This document shows positions 12,320 through 24,906 of a stretch of DNA of 64,000 bases, one piece after another. The position numbers were made by a program, and so were the translations under genes. Source of the stretch: Octopus vulgaris (taxonomy: Eukaryota). The notes beneath the pieces were generated by a model. It ran no database searches and was not told the origin of the DNA. It saw nothing but the letters and a program-made list of their open reading frames with translations. The first letter of the stretch is position 1. Each line of letters opens with the position of its first letter. Location: contig OX597840.1 of NCBI GenBank assembly GCA_951406725.2, positions 36,580,001 through 36,644,000 of the forward strand. Direction: 5' to 3'.

Positions 12320-12712
12320 AACGGGCTTCTTTCAGTTTCCGTCTACCAAATCCACTTGGGTCGTCTCGTGGTTATTGTTGAAAACACTTTCCCAAGGTGC
12401 CACGCAATAAATATATATATATGTGTGTGTGTGTATACGACGGGGCTTCTTTCAGTTTCCGTCAACCAAATCCACTTGGGTCGGTTGGTGGCTATTGTTG
12501 AAAACACTTTCCCAAGGTGCCACGCATTAAATATGTGTGTGTGTGTGTACACGATGGAGCTCCTTTCAGATTCCGTCTAGCAAATCCACTGGAAAGGCTT
12601 TTAATCGGCCCCAGGTTAAAGCAGAAGACACTCGCCCAAGATGTCACGCGATAGGACTGAACCCGTAACTATGTGATTGGGAATGCAAGCTTCTTACCAC
12701 ACTGCCTTGCCT
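12320..12712 (-). mobile_element. SINE family A 5' half with an internal ~120-bp segment present three times in tandem
   Basis: ACGGGCTTCTTTCAGTTTCCGTC...CAAATCCACT occurs at about 12321, 12440 and 12552, with (TA/TG)n between units. Confidence 0.85.
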
Positions 12713-13351
12713 ACCCTTATTATATCAGTAAATCGGTGGGTGCAAGGGTGGTGGTGGTAGCGGGGATAGTAGATCTTAAGTACATTAGTGCTTTCTTGGT
12801 ATTTAGTATTTTATTTTAATTAATCCTGGAAGAATGAAAGGCAAACCGGAAATAGACGGGATTTGAACTCTGAGCATCAAGAACCGGGACAAATGCCTAG
12901 GAAGGATGATTCATCAAAAACCGCCGCAGGTGATTGCCCCCCAGGGTGACGTGGACCGAAGGAAGGAAGAGAGCTAACGAGGCTGGGTTAACACGGAGCT
13001 CAATGATTCCTTTATCACGGTTACAGGGCCCAGACAGCGAGGAATAAGGCCGGGTAAGTTGTGATCCCTGATAAGTCAACTTCACCCTCCAACACCCGAT
13101 GTCAACATGGAGAAAGCTCTGTGGGGTCGCTGGAAGTGCAATAAAATAGCAGTTAAATCTCCCTCAAAATTACACGACACGTTGAATTCTGTGGTCCTGA
13201 GTATGTAGGAAGGGAAAAGAAGAGACGGTCATTGCTGGAAAGCCTCTTATTATGGGTCTACTTGATTAACGATGGAAACGAAGTCCCAGCAAGAGAGTTT
13301 GTATGTTGTTCGAATTGCTAGAAATAGCAGCCACATCTCTTCCCATAATAA

Positions 13352-13888
13352 TAATAATGGTTTCAAATTTGGCCACAAGGGCAGCAGTCTTGGAGGAGGG
13401 GATGAATCGATTACATCGACCTCAGCGTTCAACAAGTACTTACTTTATCGACCCCGGAAGGATGAAAGGCAAAGTCGATTCTAATAATAATAATCCTTTC
13501 TATTAAAGGCACAAGGCTTGACATTTTAGGGGAGGGGGGACTGGTCGATTACATCGACCTCAGTGGTTCACTGGTACTTAATTTAGGTACTACTTGAGAA
13601 CAGTGGTCCCGGTGCGCGCACTCGCGCTAGCTAGTCGTGATTAGTCGATCCTACAACGACTACCTAGCAAAGTAAATAAGACACAAAAACACAAAGTAAG
13701 GATCGATTAGTCATGACTAGCTAGCGTGGATGTGCGAGTGCGCGCACCGGGACCACTGTTCTCAAGTAGTACCCTTAATTTATCGACCCCGAAAGGGTGT
13801 CAGGCAAAGTTGACCTCAGCGAAATTTAAACTCGAGCCGAGGTTGACTTTGCCTTTAATTCTTTCGGGGTCGATAAATTAAGTACCAA
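13352..13888. mobile_element. Cluster of SINE family B fragments (two on minus, one on plus) hosting a MITE
   Basis: TCGACCCCG(G/A)AAGGATGAAAGGCAAAGTCGA and its reverse complement match the full copy at 24670-24900. Confidence 0.85.
13586..13773. mobile_element. Mutator (MULE)-type MITE, 188 bp
   Basis: Perfect 40-bp TIR GGTACTACTTGAGAACAGTGGTCCCGGTGCGCGCACTCGC, extending imperfectly about 27 bp further. Perfect 9-bp TSD CTTAATTTA at 13577-13585 and 13774-13782. Removing it restores the host SINE. Confidence 0.9.
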
Positions 13889-13980
13889 ATGATAATAATA
13901 ATAATAATAATAATAATAATAGGAAAGAAAGCAATACAACCATACTTACTATGCTTAAAGGAAGAAAATAGTCTACAAAT

Positions 13981-14370
13981 AGGCGTGGCCGTGTGGTAAG
14001 GAGTTTGTTTCCCTAGCACATGGTTCAGTCCCACGGCGAGGTACCTTCTACTACTATAGACTTAGGCCGACCAAAGTCTTGTGAACGTATTTCGTAGACG
14101 GAAACTGAAGGAAGCCCTTCGTGTGTGTGTGTGTGTGTGTGTGTACGAGTGGGTCTTTGTGCATGTATTTGTCCCCCTGTCACCGATTGACAACCGGTGT
14201 TGGTGTGTATACGTCCCTGTAACTTAGCGGTTCAGCAAAAGCGCCTGATAGAATAAGTACGAAGCTTTACAAAAGATAAGTACAGGGGTTCAATTCGTTC
14301 GATTAAAATTCTTCCAGGCGGTGCCCCAGCATGGGCGCAGTCCAATGACTGCAACAAGTAAGAATAAGAA
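13981..14370 (+). mobile_element. SINE family A, near full length, diverged
   Basis: Head, body and tail collinear with 8647-9072. Confidence 0.88.
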
Positions 14371-16119
14371 GCAAACTCGCCAACCGACGCGGGGCGGCGA
14401 AGCAATAAAACCGATTCGATGGAACTGGTTTGAAAGAGCAATTCGAATTTCCTTTCAAATCAAAACTGACATTTAAAAGGGAAGAGAGGAATTGCCTCGT
14501 GTAAGGCGGAAGAAACGTCATGATTGAAAAAAAAAACAAAAGTTAACAGAAAGGATGGTCATATGTGGAATGCCGTTGACTCAGTACCGGAATTATTTTG
14601 GGGCTGAAACAATAAAAGAAGTCAAGGCAGAAAATGTGTGTGAAAAGCAATCGTGTCGAACACGGATGTGATTTAAGTAGGAAAGTGTTGTTGGTTGTCG
14701 AATATATTATTATACACAATAAACACAAAACAATCGGAGAAGAAGCGAAGAAAGAAATAGAAATTTATGAAATTACTCACGTGTATAAGATATATACATA
14801 CATATATATAGTTTGGGGTATAGAATATGTATGAAAGAGATTTCCCACGTATTTTTAAGGCTCTCTGGTTAATTAACGATAAATGCACAGAACAAAAAAA
14901 ACATCCAAATGAACTTTGACACGCTAAATATCACTGCGAGTGTATCGAGTAGTTAGGGTGTAGATGAGTGGTTATATATATATATATATACACACACACA
15001 TATATATATATATAGATGTATAGATGTATGGAGAGAGAAGAGTGATGTAAACGCGTGTTATTTGTTGAGTTGCAGGTGCGTTTAGTTAACGTTTAATCAA
15101 ATGTGTAGTTGATTGCGAAATAAATCCACGTTTATGTGTGTGTGTGTGCGTATATATATAGATGTATATATATATATATGCGTATGGGGATATGTATGTG
15201 TGGTTATGTATATATAATCTAATATGTATCAGTTGCTTTTCTCAAAGTAGATTACAACGAATGTGTAACTAGTGGCATGTGGTATTTTCGTTGTGTGTTA
15301 CCAAGATACATCTCTTTATGTATGTACAATATAGAAGAGTGTGCATATATGTGTGTGTGTGTGTATATATATATGTGTATAATATATAGATATATATGCA
15401 CAGTTTGTTCTGGGTAAATGTGTGTGTAGTGGATGTATGTTTAGTGCGTGTAACTAGAAAGGCACTTAAAGTGTGAGTGAGAGAGAAGTGTAGTGAATGT
15501 AGGAGAGATGACTGTGTCTGGTTGGTTGCACGGTTGGTTGGCTGGCGGTGCTCGGTTGGCTGGTCGGTCGGTCGGTCGGCTGGCTGCTCATTATTCAGTC
15601 TTAAGTACTAAGTTTCAAGTTTTCACTGCTTATGTCTACACACACATACACACACATCTCTATATACACGCGTTTCTATATGATTACAGTTAATTTACAA
15701 ATGTACCCATATATTTATACATATATGTATAAATATGAATTTATGTAATAATATATAAATATATGTGAATTATGAAGGTGGCTGTTCGTAAATTACAAGC
15801 GAAAGGCAACAAGTTTCGCCGTTCCTAAAGTGACGGAGCGTACGAGAGCGCAGCGGTATTACTAAGTATGTATTTACAGAATACATATATTCCTGCATAT
15901 ACATACGTATGTACACACGTACAAAGATACATAGAACATACACACACACAATACATACATACATACACACACATACATACATATACACACATACATATAC
16001 ACACATACATACATATACACACACATACGTACATATACACACACATACGTACATACACATACATACACATACATACATACATACATATATATATACTTAC
16101 ATATATTCATAGACAGACA

Positions 16120-16156
<37 letters not shown>

Positions 16157-16512
16157 GAGTTCTCACACACACACAAATACTTACCCCTGTATAATTATTA
16201 AGTACATTGTGAGTGTAACACTCCAAAATGCTTGAAAAACCCCCAGTCTTTCCCAGATACAATGGTCCCGGTTTCGATCCCATTAATAAGGTAATCTGAG
16301 CCGAAAATCTTTTACCGAGGGGTTCAGGTTGACACATACTTTGTGAATAAAACTTAGACGGAAATTGCTTTAAATGTGTCTGTGGAATACTCGGCCGATC
16401 CCACGTTAATTGAATGAACGGAGACAGGACAGGTGGTCGCTGGCTAAAATGACGTGCAATATTTGTTTCGAGATGTTTACATTCTGGGTTCAAATCCCGC
16501 CATGGACTTAAC

Positions 16513-16557
<45 letters not shown>

Positions 16558-16992
16558 TACCATGAACGTTTGACTGAATTTATTATTTTAATAAACAGAG
16601 AATCAACTGATTGGAAAATTCAATACAGTGTGTAGAATAAAGTTTATTTGAAGCTGGTGCTGATTGGGACTTCGAAGTACTGCTTGTTTTGGTCTTTGCG
16701 CTGCTGTCATCGCCTTAAAGAGTCGAGTCGGACTGATCGACCACCACACATACTTTTAAAGTGCTTATTATGTATGATACATTGGCCTGTTTTAGCGGAG
16801 CTGTTACGTTACGGGGATGTAAACAAACCAACACCGGTCGTTAGGCGTTGGTGGGGACAAACACAAGCATAAAGCCACACACACACGTGACACCTGGAAG
16901 TGATAGATTAGTGTGAGAAAATAAAGAGTGGGTAAAAGAGAAAGAGAGATAAATTGAGAGTTTGGGGAGGAAGAAAGAATAGGAAGATGAAG

Positions 16993-17024
<32 letters not shown>

Positions 17025-17404
17025 AAGAGAGAAAGAGAGGGAAAAGGAAAGAGAGAAAGAGAGAGAAAAGGAGAGAGAGACAGAGAGAACGGAGAGAACT
17101 ACGAAGAAGGGTGTTTGTGTGTGCGTTTGTGTGTGTGTGTGTGTGTGTGCACAAGTTTGTAGCAGCAGCAGCCACAGCAGCAGTAGTAGGAACGATTAGC
17201 AGAAGCAGCAGTAGTCGCAGCAGCAGTTGTATTTGTTTTGTTCCCATAGCAGCGCTGATCCAGATGAACGGTTTTGTAGCCATGACCATCTCCATCGAAA
17301 TAGTTGAATCCGCGACCATTTAATAAAGATAAGAGGCGTGCGACCTGATTGGTTGCTATTTCTAGCAAATTGAGGCTTCCTGTGGGTATTCTAACGACAA
17401 CCAG

Positions 17405-17805
17405 TGTGTGACGTGTGTGCGTATGTATGTGTGTGACGTGTGTGTGTGTGCGTGTGTGTGTGCGTATGTATGTATGTGTGTGCGTGCGTGTGTGAGTATG
17501 TATGTGACGTGTGTGTGTGTGTGTGAGTATGTATGTGACGTGTGTGTGTGTGAGTATGTATGTGACGTGTGTGTGTGTGTGTGTGCGTTTGCGTGTGTGT
17601 GAGTATGTGTGTGTGACGTGTGTGTGCGTGTGTGTGAGTATGTGTGTGTGTGTGAGTATGTGTGTGTGTGTGAGTATGTATGTGTGTGTGAGTATGTGTG
17701 TGTGTGAGTATGTATGTGTGTATGTGTGAGTATGTATGTGACGTGTTTGTGTGTGCGTTTGTGTGTGTGTGTGAGTATGTGTGTGCGTGTGTGTGTGTGT
17801 GTGTG
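17405..17805. repeat. Compound (TG)n satellite with GACG/GAGTAT interruptions
   Basis: Repeated GTGACG(TG)nAGTATGTAT units. Confidence 0.9.
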
Positions 17806-18043
17806 GTAGCTGTTGCTGTTTAGCCCTCGGTCTGTCCGAACCCGGCAGGTTAACGATCAAATTTGTTTCAAACGTCACCACTTCGTCTTTTTAGAATATT
17901 TTGGCACTTACAGCAAATTATGGTGTCCCGCCCTCGCTTTCCTTCACTGCTGCTGCTGCTGCTGCTACTACTACCACTACTACTACTACTACTACCACCA
18001 CTACTACTACTAGCAGCAGCAGCAACAATAATAGTAGCAGGAA

Positions 18044-18075
<32 letters not shown>

Positions 18076-18486
18076 AGAAGCACGTGTATGTGTGTGTATG
18101 TAGTGTTTATGAGTGGTGTGTGTGTGTGTGTGTGAATTTTGGTAGTTTTTTAATATTTCTCTGAGATCGGAAGCAAGAAGAGAGAAAGAAAAAAGAAAAG
18201 AAAAAGAAAAGAGGATTGCGTTTGAAAGATGGAGATAGAGAGAGGATGAGAGAGAGAGATGGAGAGAGAGAGAGTGTGAGTTGAAGGGAGAGAGAGAGAG
18301 AGATGGAGTGAGGCAGAGAGAGAAATAAAGAAAGAAAGAGAGAAGAAAGAGATGTAGGACATAAATTTATTAAATATGTGTTTGTGTGTGATCTGTCTGT
18401 CTGTCTGTCTATATAACTCTGTTCATCTTTCTGTCTGTCTATGTTTGTCTTTCCCTCCCTCCTTCCCTCCCTTCCTCCCTCTCTCA

Positions 18487-18636
18487 CTATCTATCTATCT
18501 ATCTATCTACCTCTATCTATCTATCTATCTATCTACCTCTATCTATCTATCTATCTATATATCTTTACATCTATCTATCTATCTATCTATCTATATATCT
18601 TTACATCTATCTATCTATCTATCTATATATCTTTAC

Positions 18637-18689
<53 letters not shown>

Positions 18690-18855
18690 CCTCTATCTAT
18701 CTATCAATCTATCTATCTTTATATCTATCTATCTATCTTTATATCTATCTACCTTTATATCTATCTATCTTTATATCTTTCTTTAATATCTATCTGTCTA
18801 TCTTTATATCTATCTGTCTGTCTATCTATCTTTAATATCTTTCTATCTATCTATC
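18487..18855. repeat. (CTAT)n microsatellite complex
   Basis: Direct inspection. Confidence 0.95.
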
Positions 18856-18913
18856 ATTTACATGTCTATGCTGTCTGACTATTCGTATGTATGCATGCAT
18901 GTATGTATATATG

Positions 18914-18947
<34 letters not shown>

Positions 18948-19615
18948 TGTATGTATGTATGTATGTATACATACATACATGTATGTATGTGTTTATGTAT
19001 GCCTGCGCGTGTATATCTCTCTGTGTATGTATACGTTCGTTCGTATTTACAAAACTAGGAAAAGGTAGGTCCACAGTAGAGTCGACTTTGTTCTGCCTGC
19101 ATTAGGATTTTAGACACCAGTTCTGTTGCTGCCGATTAAGAATTCGTCAGCGATATTCGCCGATGCCAACTGTTGGAATTAGAAGCGAACAGCCAGACGC
19201 GAGAAGCCTTGACGATCCCCACCACGACCACCACCACCAAACACACAGACACACTCACACACATATATAGATACATGTACATATATACATACACACACAC
19301 ACGTAATATATACATACACACTTATTATATATATACATATATATATACATAAACATATATACATACATATATATATATAATGGCGGTGCCCCAGCATGGC
19401 CACAGCTCATGAGCTGAAACTAAAATCAATCAATCAATCAATCAAAAAAAATACATATATATATATACATGTATATATATATATACACACATGTATATAT
19501 ATACATATATAACACCAAATTTAGGAACGGAGCAGGTGAAGCCCAGGCTGCCTGAGTTTCCCCGTTAGCTGATCCTCGGAGCAGTAATTGCTCCAAATAT
19601 TTTGAAGAGGAATTC

Positions 19616-19701
19616 GGCCAACAGGTTTTGGGGTCTGACGATACACCATAAAGCTAAACCCTTTATGGACGGGAAACCGAGGGTAATCCCATAAACCGGC
19701 C
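19616..19701 (+). ncRNA. Candidate type I hammerhead ribozyme
   Basis: Core CTGACGA at 19635-19641; stem II CCATAAAG/CTTTATGG; GAAA at 19673-19676; 3-bp stem III; GTA cleavage triplet at 19683-19685; stem I GGCC-AACA-GGTTTTGGGGT / ATCCCATAAACC-GGCC. The base of stem II is mismatched. Confidence 0.6.
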
Positions 19702-20047
19702 CTCCCCATTATAAACATATTTATATATTCAAACACACGCACAAACGTTTTGTGTGTCTGTGTGTCCGTGTGTATAGGATAAAGTCATAAATAGGAATTT
19801 CACATCATACACGCATGTATACATTCTGTACATAGGCTGTATACACACTTTATATACACTATATACAAGCTACACATATTTGAGCAACGAATGTTGTGTG
19901 TTTGAAGGACTCAATACTTACGTTGCTTTTAAAATTCCATGCAATTTTATGGGTAGAGAGAGTGTGGTTTAACCAAATTTACAGTTTGAATAAGCTACAC
20001 ATCGGTGATACTTCGAAGTCACAGTCAATAGGGATGGGTTGTGCGTC

Positions 20048-20800
20048 TACATATATATGTGCATACATACATACATTCATACATACATACATTCAGGCGT
20101 GCGTGCGTGCGTGCGTACGTACGTACGTGCGTGCGTGCGTACGTACGTACGTACGTACGCACATACATACATACATACATACATACATACATGCATGCAT
20201 GCATGCATGCATGCATGCATGCATGCATACATGCATACATACATACATGCATGCATACTACATACATACATACATACATACATACGTATATACATACATG
20301 CATGTATACATACATACATACATACATACATACATACATACATGCATGCATACTACATACATACATACATACATACATACATACATACATACATACATGC
20401 ATGCATACTACATACATACATACATACATACATACATACATACATACATACATACATACATGCATGCATACTACATACATACATACATACATACATACGT
20501 ATATACATACATGCATGTATACATACATACATACATACATGCATACGTATATACATACATACATACATGCATACATACATACATATATACATTCATACAT
20601 ACAAACATACATACATACAAACATACATACATATATACATACATACATACATACATGTGTACATACGTACATACGTACATACATATATACATACATACAT
20701 ATGTACGTACATACATACATACTTACATACATACATGCATACATACATGCATAATACATACATGCATACATTGAGGAGTGCGTGCGTACGTACATATATA
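20048..20800. repeat. (CATA)n/(CATG)n/(CGTA)n microsatellite complex
   Basis: Direct inspection. It is the source of the long spurious ORFs at 19896-21005. Confidence 0.95.
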
Positions 20801-21385
20801 CGCACGTATAGGAATGTATACAGACACAGAGACGTATAAGATGTGCGTGTATAAATGAGATGGAAGAGCGGAAGGTGAGGGTAGAGAAATGAGATGAAAA
20901 GCAGGAAGTCATGACGAAGAGAATGTAGTAGTAGTAGTAGTAGTAGCAGCAGCAGCAGTAGTAGTAGAGGTGGTGGTGGTCGTGGTGGGGAGGTTGTGGT
21001 AACATTACTAGTACTTATGTCTCCACCTTCACTACTGCTACTACTATAAAACTACACCACCATTACCACCACCATTACTACTACTACTACTACTACTACT
21101 ACTATGGCGACCCATGTCCAGTGTTGTCACCACTGCCACCTAAACAGGTAATTGTCGCCACAGAGCCGAGAATTGTGTCAATATGATGATACAGCTTCAT
21201 ACACACACACACACTCGCTCTCTCTCTCTCTGTGTCTCTCTCTTACGCATACATACATACATACATATATATACATATGCAAATGTGAGTATATACATTA
21301 TGTATACACATACGAATACATAAAAATGCACACACACCACACACACACACACCACACCACACACACCACACACACACACACCACA

Positions 21386-21417
<32 letters not shown>

Positions 21418-22347
21418 TCAAGACACGACTGAGTTCTAATTTAATGTTTTACCATTTAATGTTTCCTTGAACCAGCGTTCCCGATGGTTGTGGTTCATTC
21501 AGAAGAGCAGAGTTCCTCGCTTCATCTTTATGACTGCCTGCGGACGATCGCAAACTCACTTTCAGGGTGAAGAGCGGTTTCGGTTTCGTGACATAAAACA
21601 CCAAAGCCAGAATCTAACACAAAGTCCTTTATTACAAAATACTCCACTGACATCAAACCGCAGCCACGTAAATAAACTTGAAGGCAAACTTTGGATAACC
21701 AAGGGAGTTTCCAAAGTCGAACTTCAGAAATTCAGTTGTTTCTATTGGTCAAAGCACAACAGTCTCTCGTCTGCTCAGTTTGTGTTGAAAACAAGGAGCA
21801 ATTACGTGGCTGTGTGGTAAAAGGCATGCTTACCAACCACATGGCTCCAGGTTCAGTCTCACAGCGTGTCACCTTGAGCAAGTGTCTTCTACTATAGTCT
21901 CAGGTCAACCAAAGCCTTCTGAGTGTATTTGATAGACGGAAACTGAAAGAAGCACGTCGAATATAATACATGCATGTATACATACATACATACATACATA
22001 CATACATACATACATGCATGCATACATACATACACGCATACATACATACATACATACATACATACATACATACATACATGCATGCGTACATACAAACATA
22101 CATACATACATACATACATACATACATACATACATACATACATACATACATACATACATACATAATATTGAATCTTCCATGTGTTAACATGTACCCCCTT
22201 GCGACAATGTAAAGTTTCCTCTAATCAAGATATCCTTGGCCTCAAGAGTAGCCTGTGGTATACACCAAGCTTAGATATTTACCACTTCCACTGTTCCGGT
22301 CGCTATGAAACATATGTAGCCCCGATTTTATCCACTCCGTTCCTTAA

Positions 22348-22400
<53 letters not shown>

Positions 22401-22404
22401 TTTG

Positions 22405-22612
22405 TTTGTTTGTTTGTTTTGTTTTTCCAGTTTCAGCTCTTGAGCTGTGGCCATGCTGGGGCACCGCCATTGTGGTGAAAGAGTACAGCAGGGATCACCA
22501 CCCCCTGCCGGAGCCTCGTAGAGCTTTTTAGGTGTTTTCGCTCAATAAACACACACAACGCCCAGTCTGAGAATCGAAACCGCGATCCTGCGACCGCGAG
22601 TCCGCTGCCCTA
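22405..22612 (-). mobile_element. SINE family E (tRNA-like head) ending in the shared GGCGGTGCCCCAGCATGGCC tail and (AAAC)n
   Basis: Minus strand GTAGGGCAGCGGACTCGCGGTCGCAGGATCGCGGTTTCGATTCTC ... GGCGGTGCCCCAGCATGGCCACAGCTCAAGAGCTGAAAC. Confidence 0.75.
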
Positions 22613-22899
22613 CAAAAAGACAAAAGATAAAGACTGGTGTGAAAAACAACAAAGAGATGTATTAGTTTAACACTCGTGAAGTGAGAAAGTCTTTTGCGTT
22701 TCACATCAGATGTCACTGTGTTTTCGATCCCGTAACTTAGCGGCTTGGTAAAAGGGAATGATAGAATAAGTACCATGCTTTTAAAAATTAGTGCTGGGGT
22801 CGATTCATTCGACTAAATATTCTTCAAGCCAGTGCCCCAGCATGGCCGCAGTCTAATGACTGAAACAAGGAATAAAATACAAGGTAGAAAAGAAAATTC

Positions 22900-23804
22900 C
22901 GGAGAAATAAAAAGGTGCCAACGAAAACAATATTAACAGGCATCAGAAGTTGACATCCAACAGACGACTTAAACATGACACAATTGTGAATCCGATAACT
23001 TAACGGTCAAGTTCTGGTGTAAAAATCTGTATTAAACTTTGGTGCCCACAATGAAAAGAGCAGCAGAAAATTCAAAATCCCTCCACAGATTCTTTAAAGA
23101 GCGATGAAATACCTCTAGAGCGAAAAAAGGGCTTAAATAACTGTTGCCTGCCTTACACCGTAAAGTAATTTTATTACGTTTTGTGTTGTTTTCAATATTA
23201 GAATTAAAATCCCTCTTCTCATTACAGCTAGATTTCTCGTCTTGAACAGTAGATGAAGGATGAGATTGAGCAGAATCAATGAAGGTTACTTTTTCTTTTT
23301 ATCCTGCTTTAACTAAGGTAGAGTTCTTGTCGTTAAAAACGTCAACATTGGCGGATCGTTTAGACAATCTGAAATGATTTTAACTAAATTCTTAGTAATT
23401 GCCCTAGCGTGATTACTTGAAGGACTAATATACTTGAGATTGGTGGAAGGTTTGTGGTATGGGAAGTACGAGTTATTTTGCAAATTAAGAGTAATATCTA
23501 AGAAGTTAGCTTTAGTTAACTAATCGTCAAAAACGATGTGAAAGCCCATTCTACGAAAAAACCTAACTAATCTATTCTTAACCTTCTGTATTTTTTGATT
23601 TGAAATGTTTTGGGGGTAAAGCAAACAATCATCACGATATAGACCTCCACGGATGTCTGGGAACTGGTCGGCCACTTCATGAACTATATATATGCCGACT
23701 AAATAGGTCGCTACATCCCTGTTACTTGCGTGAATTTTGCTACCCTGGTAACTGTTTATTGAATTTTCCGTGTTAACGGTAAACAAAGGATAATTCATTC
23801 ATCC
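22900..23804 (-). mobile_element. Penelope-like element, reverse-transcriptase pseudogene fragment
   Basis: Translation LVGIYIVHEVADQFPDIRGGLYRDDCLL...RFFRRMGFHIVFDD*LTKANFLDITLNLQNNSYFPYHKPSTNLKYISPSSNH carries PLE RT motifs (GLYRDD, NFLD, Y..SSNH). The left boundary is uncertain. Confidence 0.85.
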
Positions 23805-23876
<72 letters not shown>

Positions 23877-24094
23877 CGTCAATAGAAGGACACTGTAAAG
23901 CACAGAGAAGTAATGTGTCTATAAGTAATTCATTCAATGTCTGGTCATAGAGTAACCAATGGTTTCGCTTCCATAAAGGGACAATACATACACGCACACA
24001 CACACACACACACGCATACACACACACAAACACACACAGAGACAGAAACAGACACATACACACACGAACACACACATATAAATATGTAGATATA

Positions 24095-24148
<54 letters not shown>

Positions 24149-24387
24149 GATACGTATATATTTGCACATATAGATATATTCATACCTAGATATCTACACA
24201 TATATTTGTAAGTCCATATGCATTATACATACATAAATACGCAAAACTATGTAAACATAGTTTCTTTTTTCGGACCAAAGGGCTTGCAGGGCCAGGTTCC
24301 TGGTTTCCATGGCGTAGAAAAGCAATCGCGTTTACATTCACTTGAACGAGATATCAGTCCAGAGCCGGACTCAAGGTCAGCAACATT

Positions 24388-24422
<35 letters not shown>

Positions 24423-24425
24423 CAG

Positions 24426-24468
<43 letters not shown>

Positions 24469-24470
<2 letters not shown>

Positions 24471-24665
24471 ATGAATGAAGTATCCTTTGTTTACCGTTAA
24501 CACGGAAAATTCAATAAACAGTTACCAGGGTAGCAAAATTCACGCAAGTAACAGGGATGTAGCGACCTATTTAGTCGGCATATATATAGTTCATGAAGTG
24601 GCCGACCAGTTCCCAGACATCCGTGGAGGTCTATATCGTGATGATTGTTTGCTTTACCTCCAAAA
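24469..24665 (+). repeat. Inverted near-identical copy (195/197 nt) of the Penelope RT segment 23608-23804
   Basis: Base-by-base reverse-complement comparison gives two mismatches. Truncated on the right by a family B SINE. Confidence 0.95.
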
Positions 24666-24669
24666 TTAA

Positions 24670-24900
24670 GGCGGCGAGCTGGCAGAAACGTTAGCACGCT
24701 GGGCGAAATGCGTAGCTGTATTTCGTCTGTCGTCACGTTCCGAGTTCAAATTCCGCCGAGGTCGACTTTGCCTTTCATCCTTTCGGGGTCGATAAATTAA
24801 GTACCAGTTACACACTGAGGTCGATATAATCGACTTAATCCGTTTGTCTGTCCTTGATTGTCCTGTCTGTGTTTAGCCCCTTGTGGGTAGTAAAGAAATA
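24670..24900 (+). mobile_element. SINE family B, full length (tRNA-derived head, Deu/Nin-like central domain)
   Basis: GGCGGCGAGCTGGCAGAAACGTTAGC...GAGTTCAAATTCC (B box), then GAGGTCGACTTTGCCTTTCATCCTTTCGGGGTCGATAAATTAAGTACCAG. Fragments also at about 7020, 7410, 11460, 12800, 13352, 16430, 27550, 50430, 52230 and 60262-60556. The domain name is from memory. Confidence 0.85.
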
Positions 24901-24906
24901 TATATA

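Noticed and set aside
19896-21005. Overlapping 237-326 aa ORFs on both strands
   Set aside because: They are products of (CATA)n tetranucleotide repeats.
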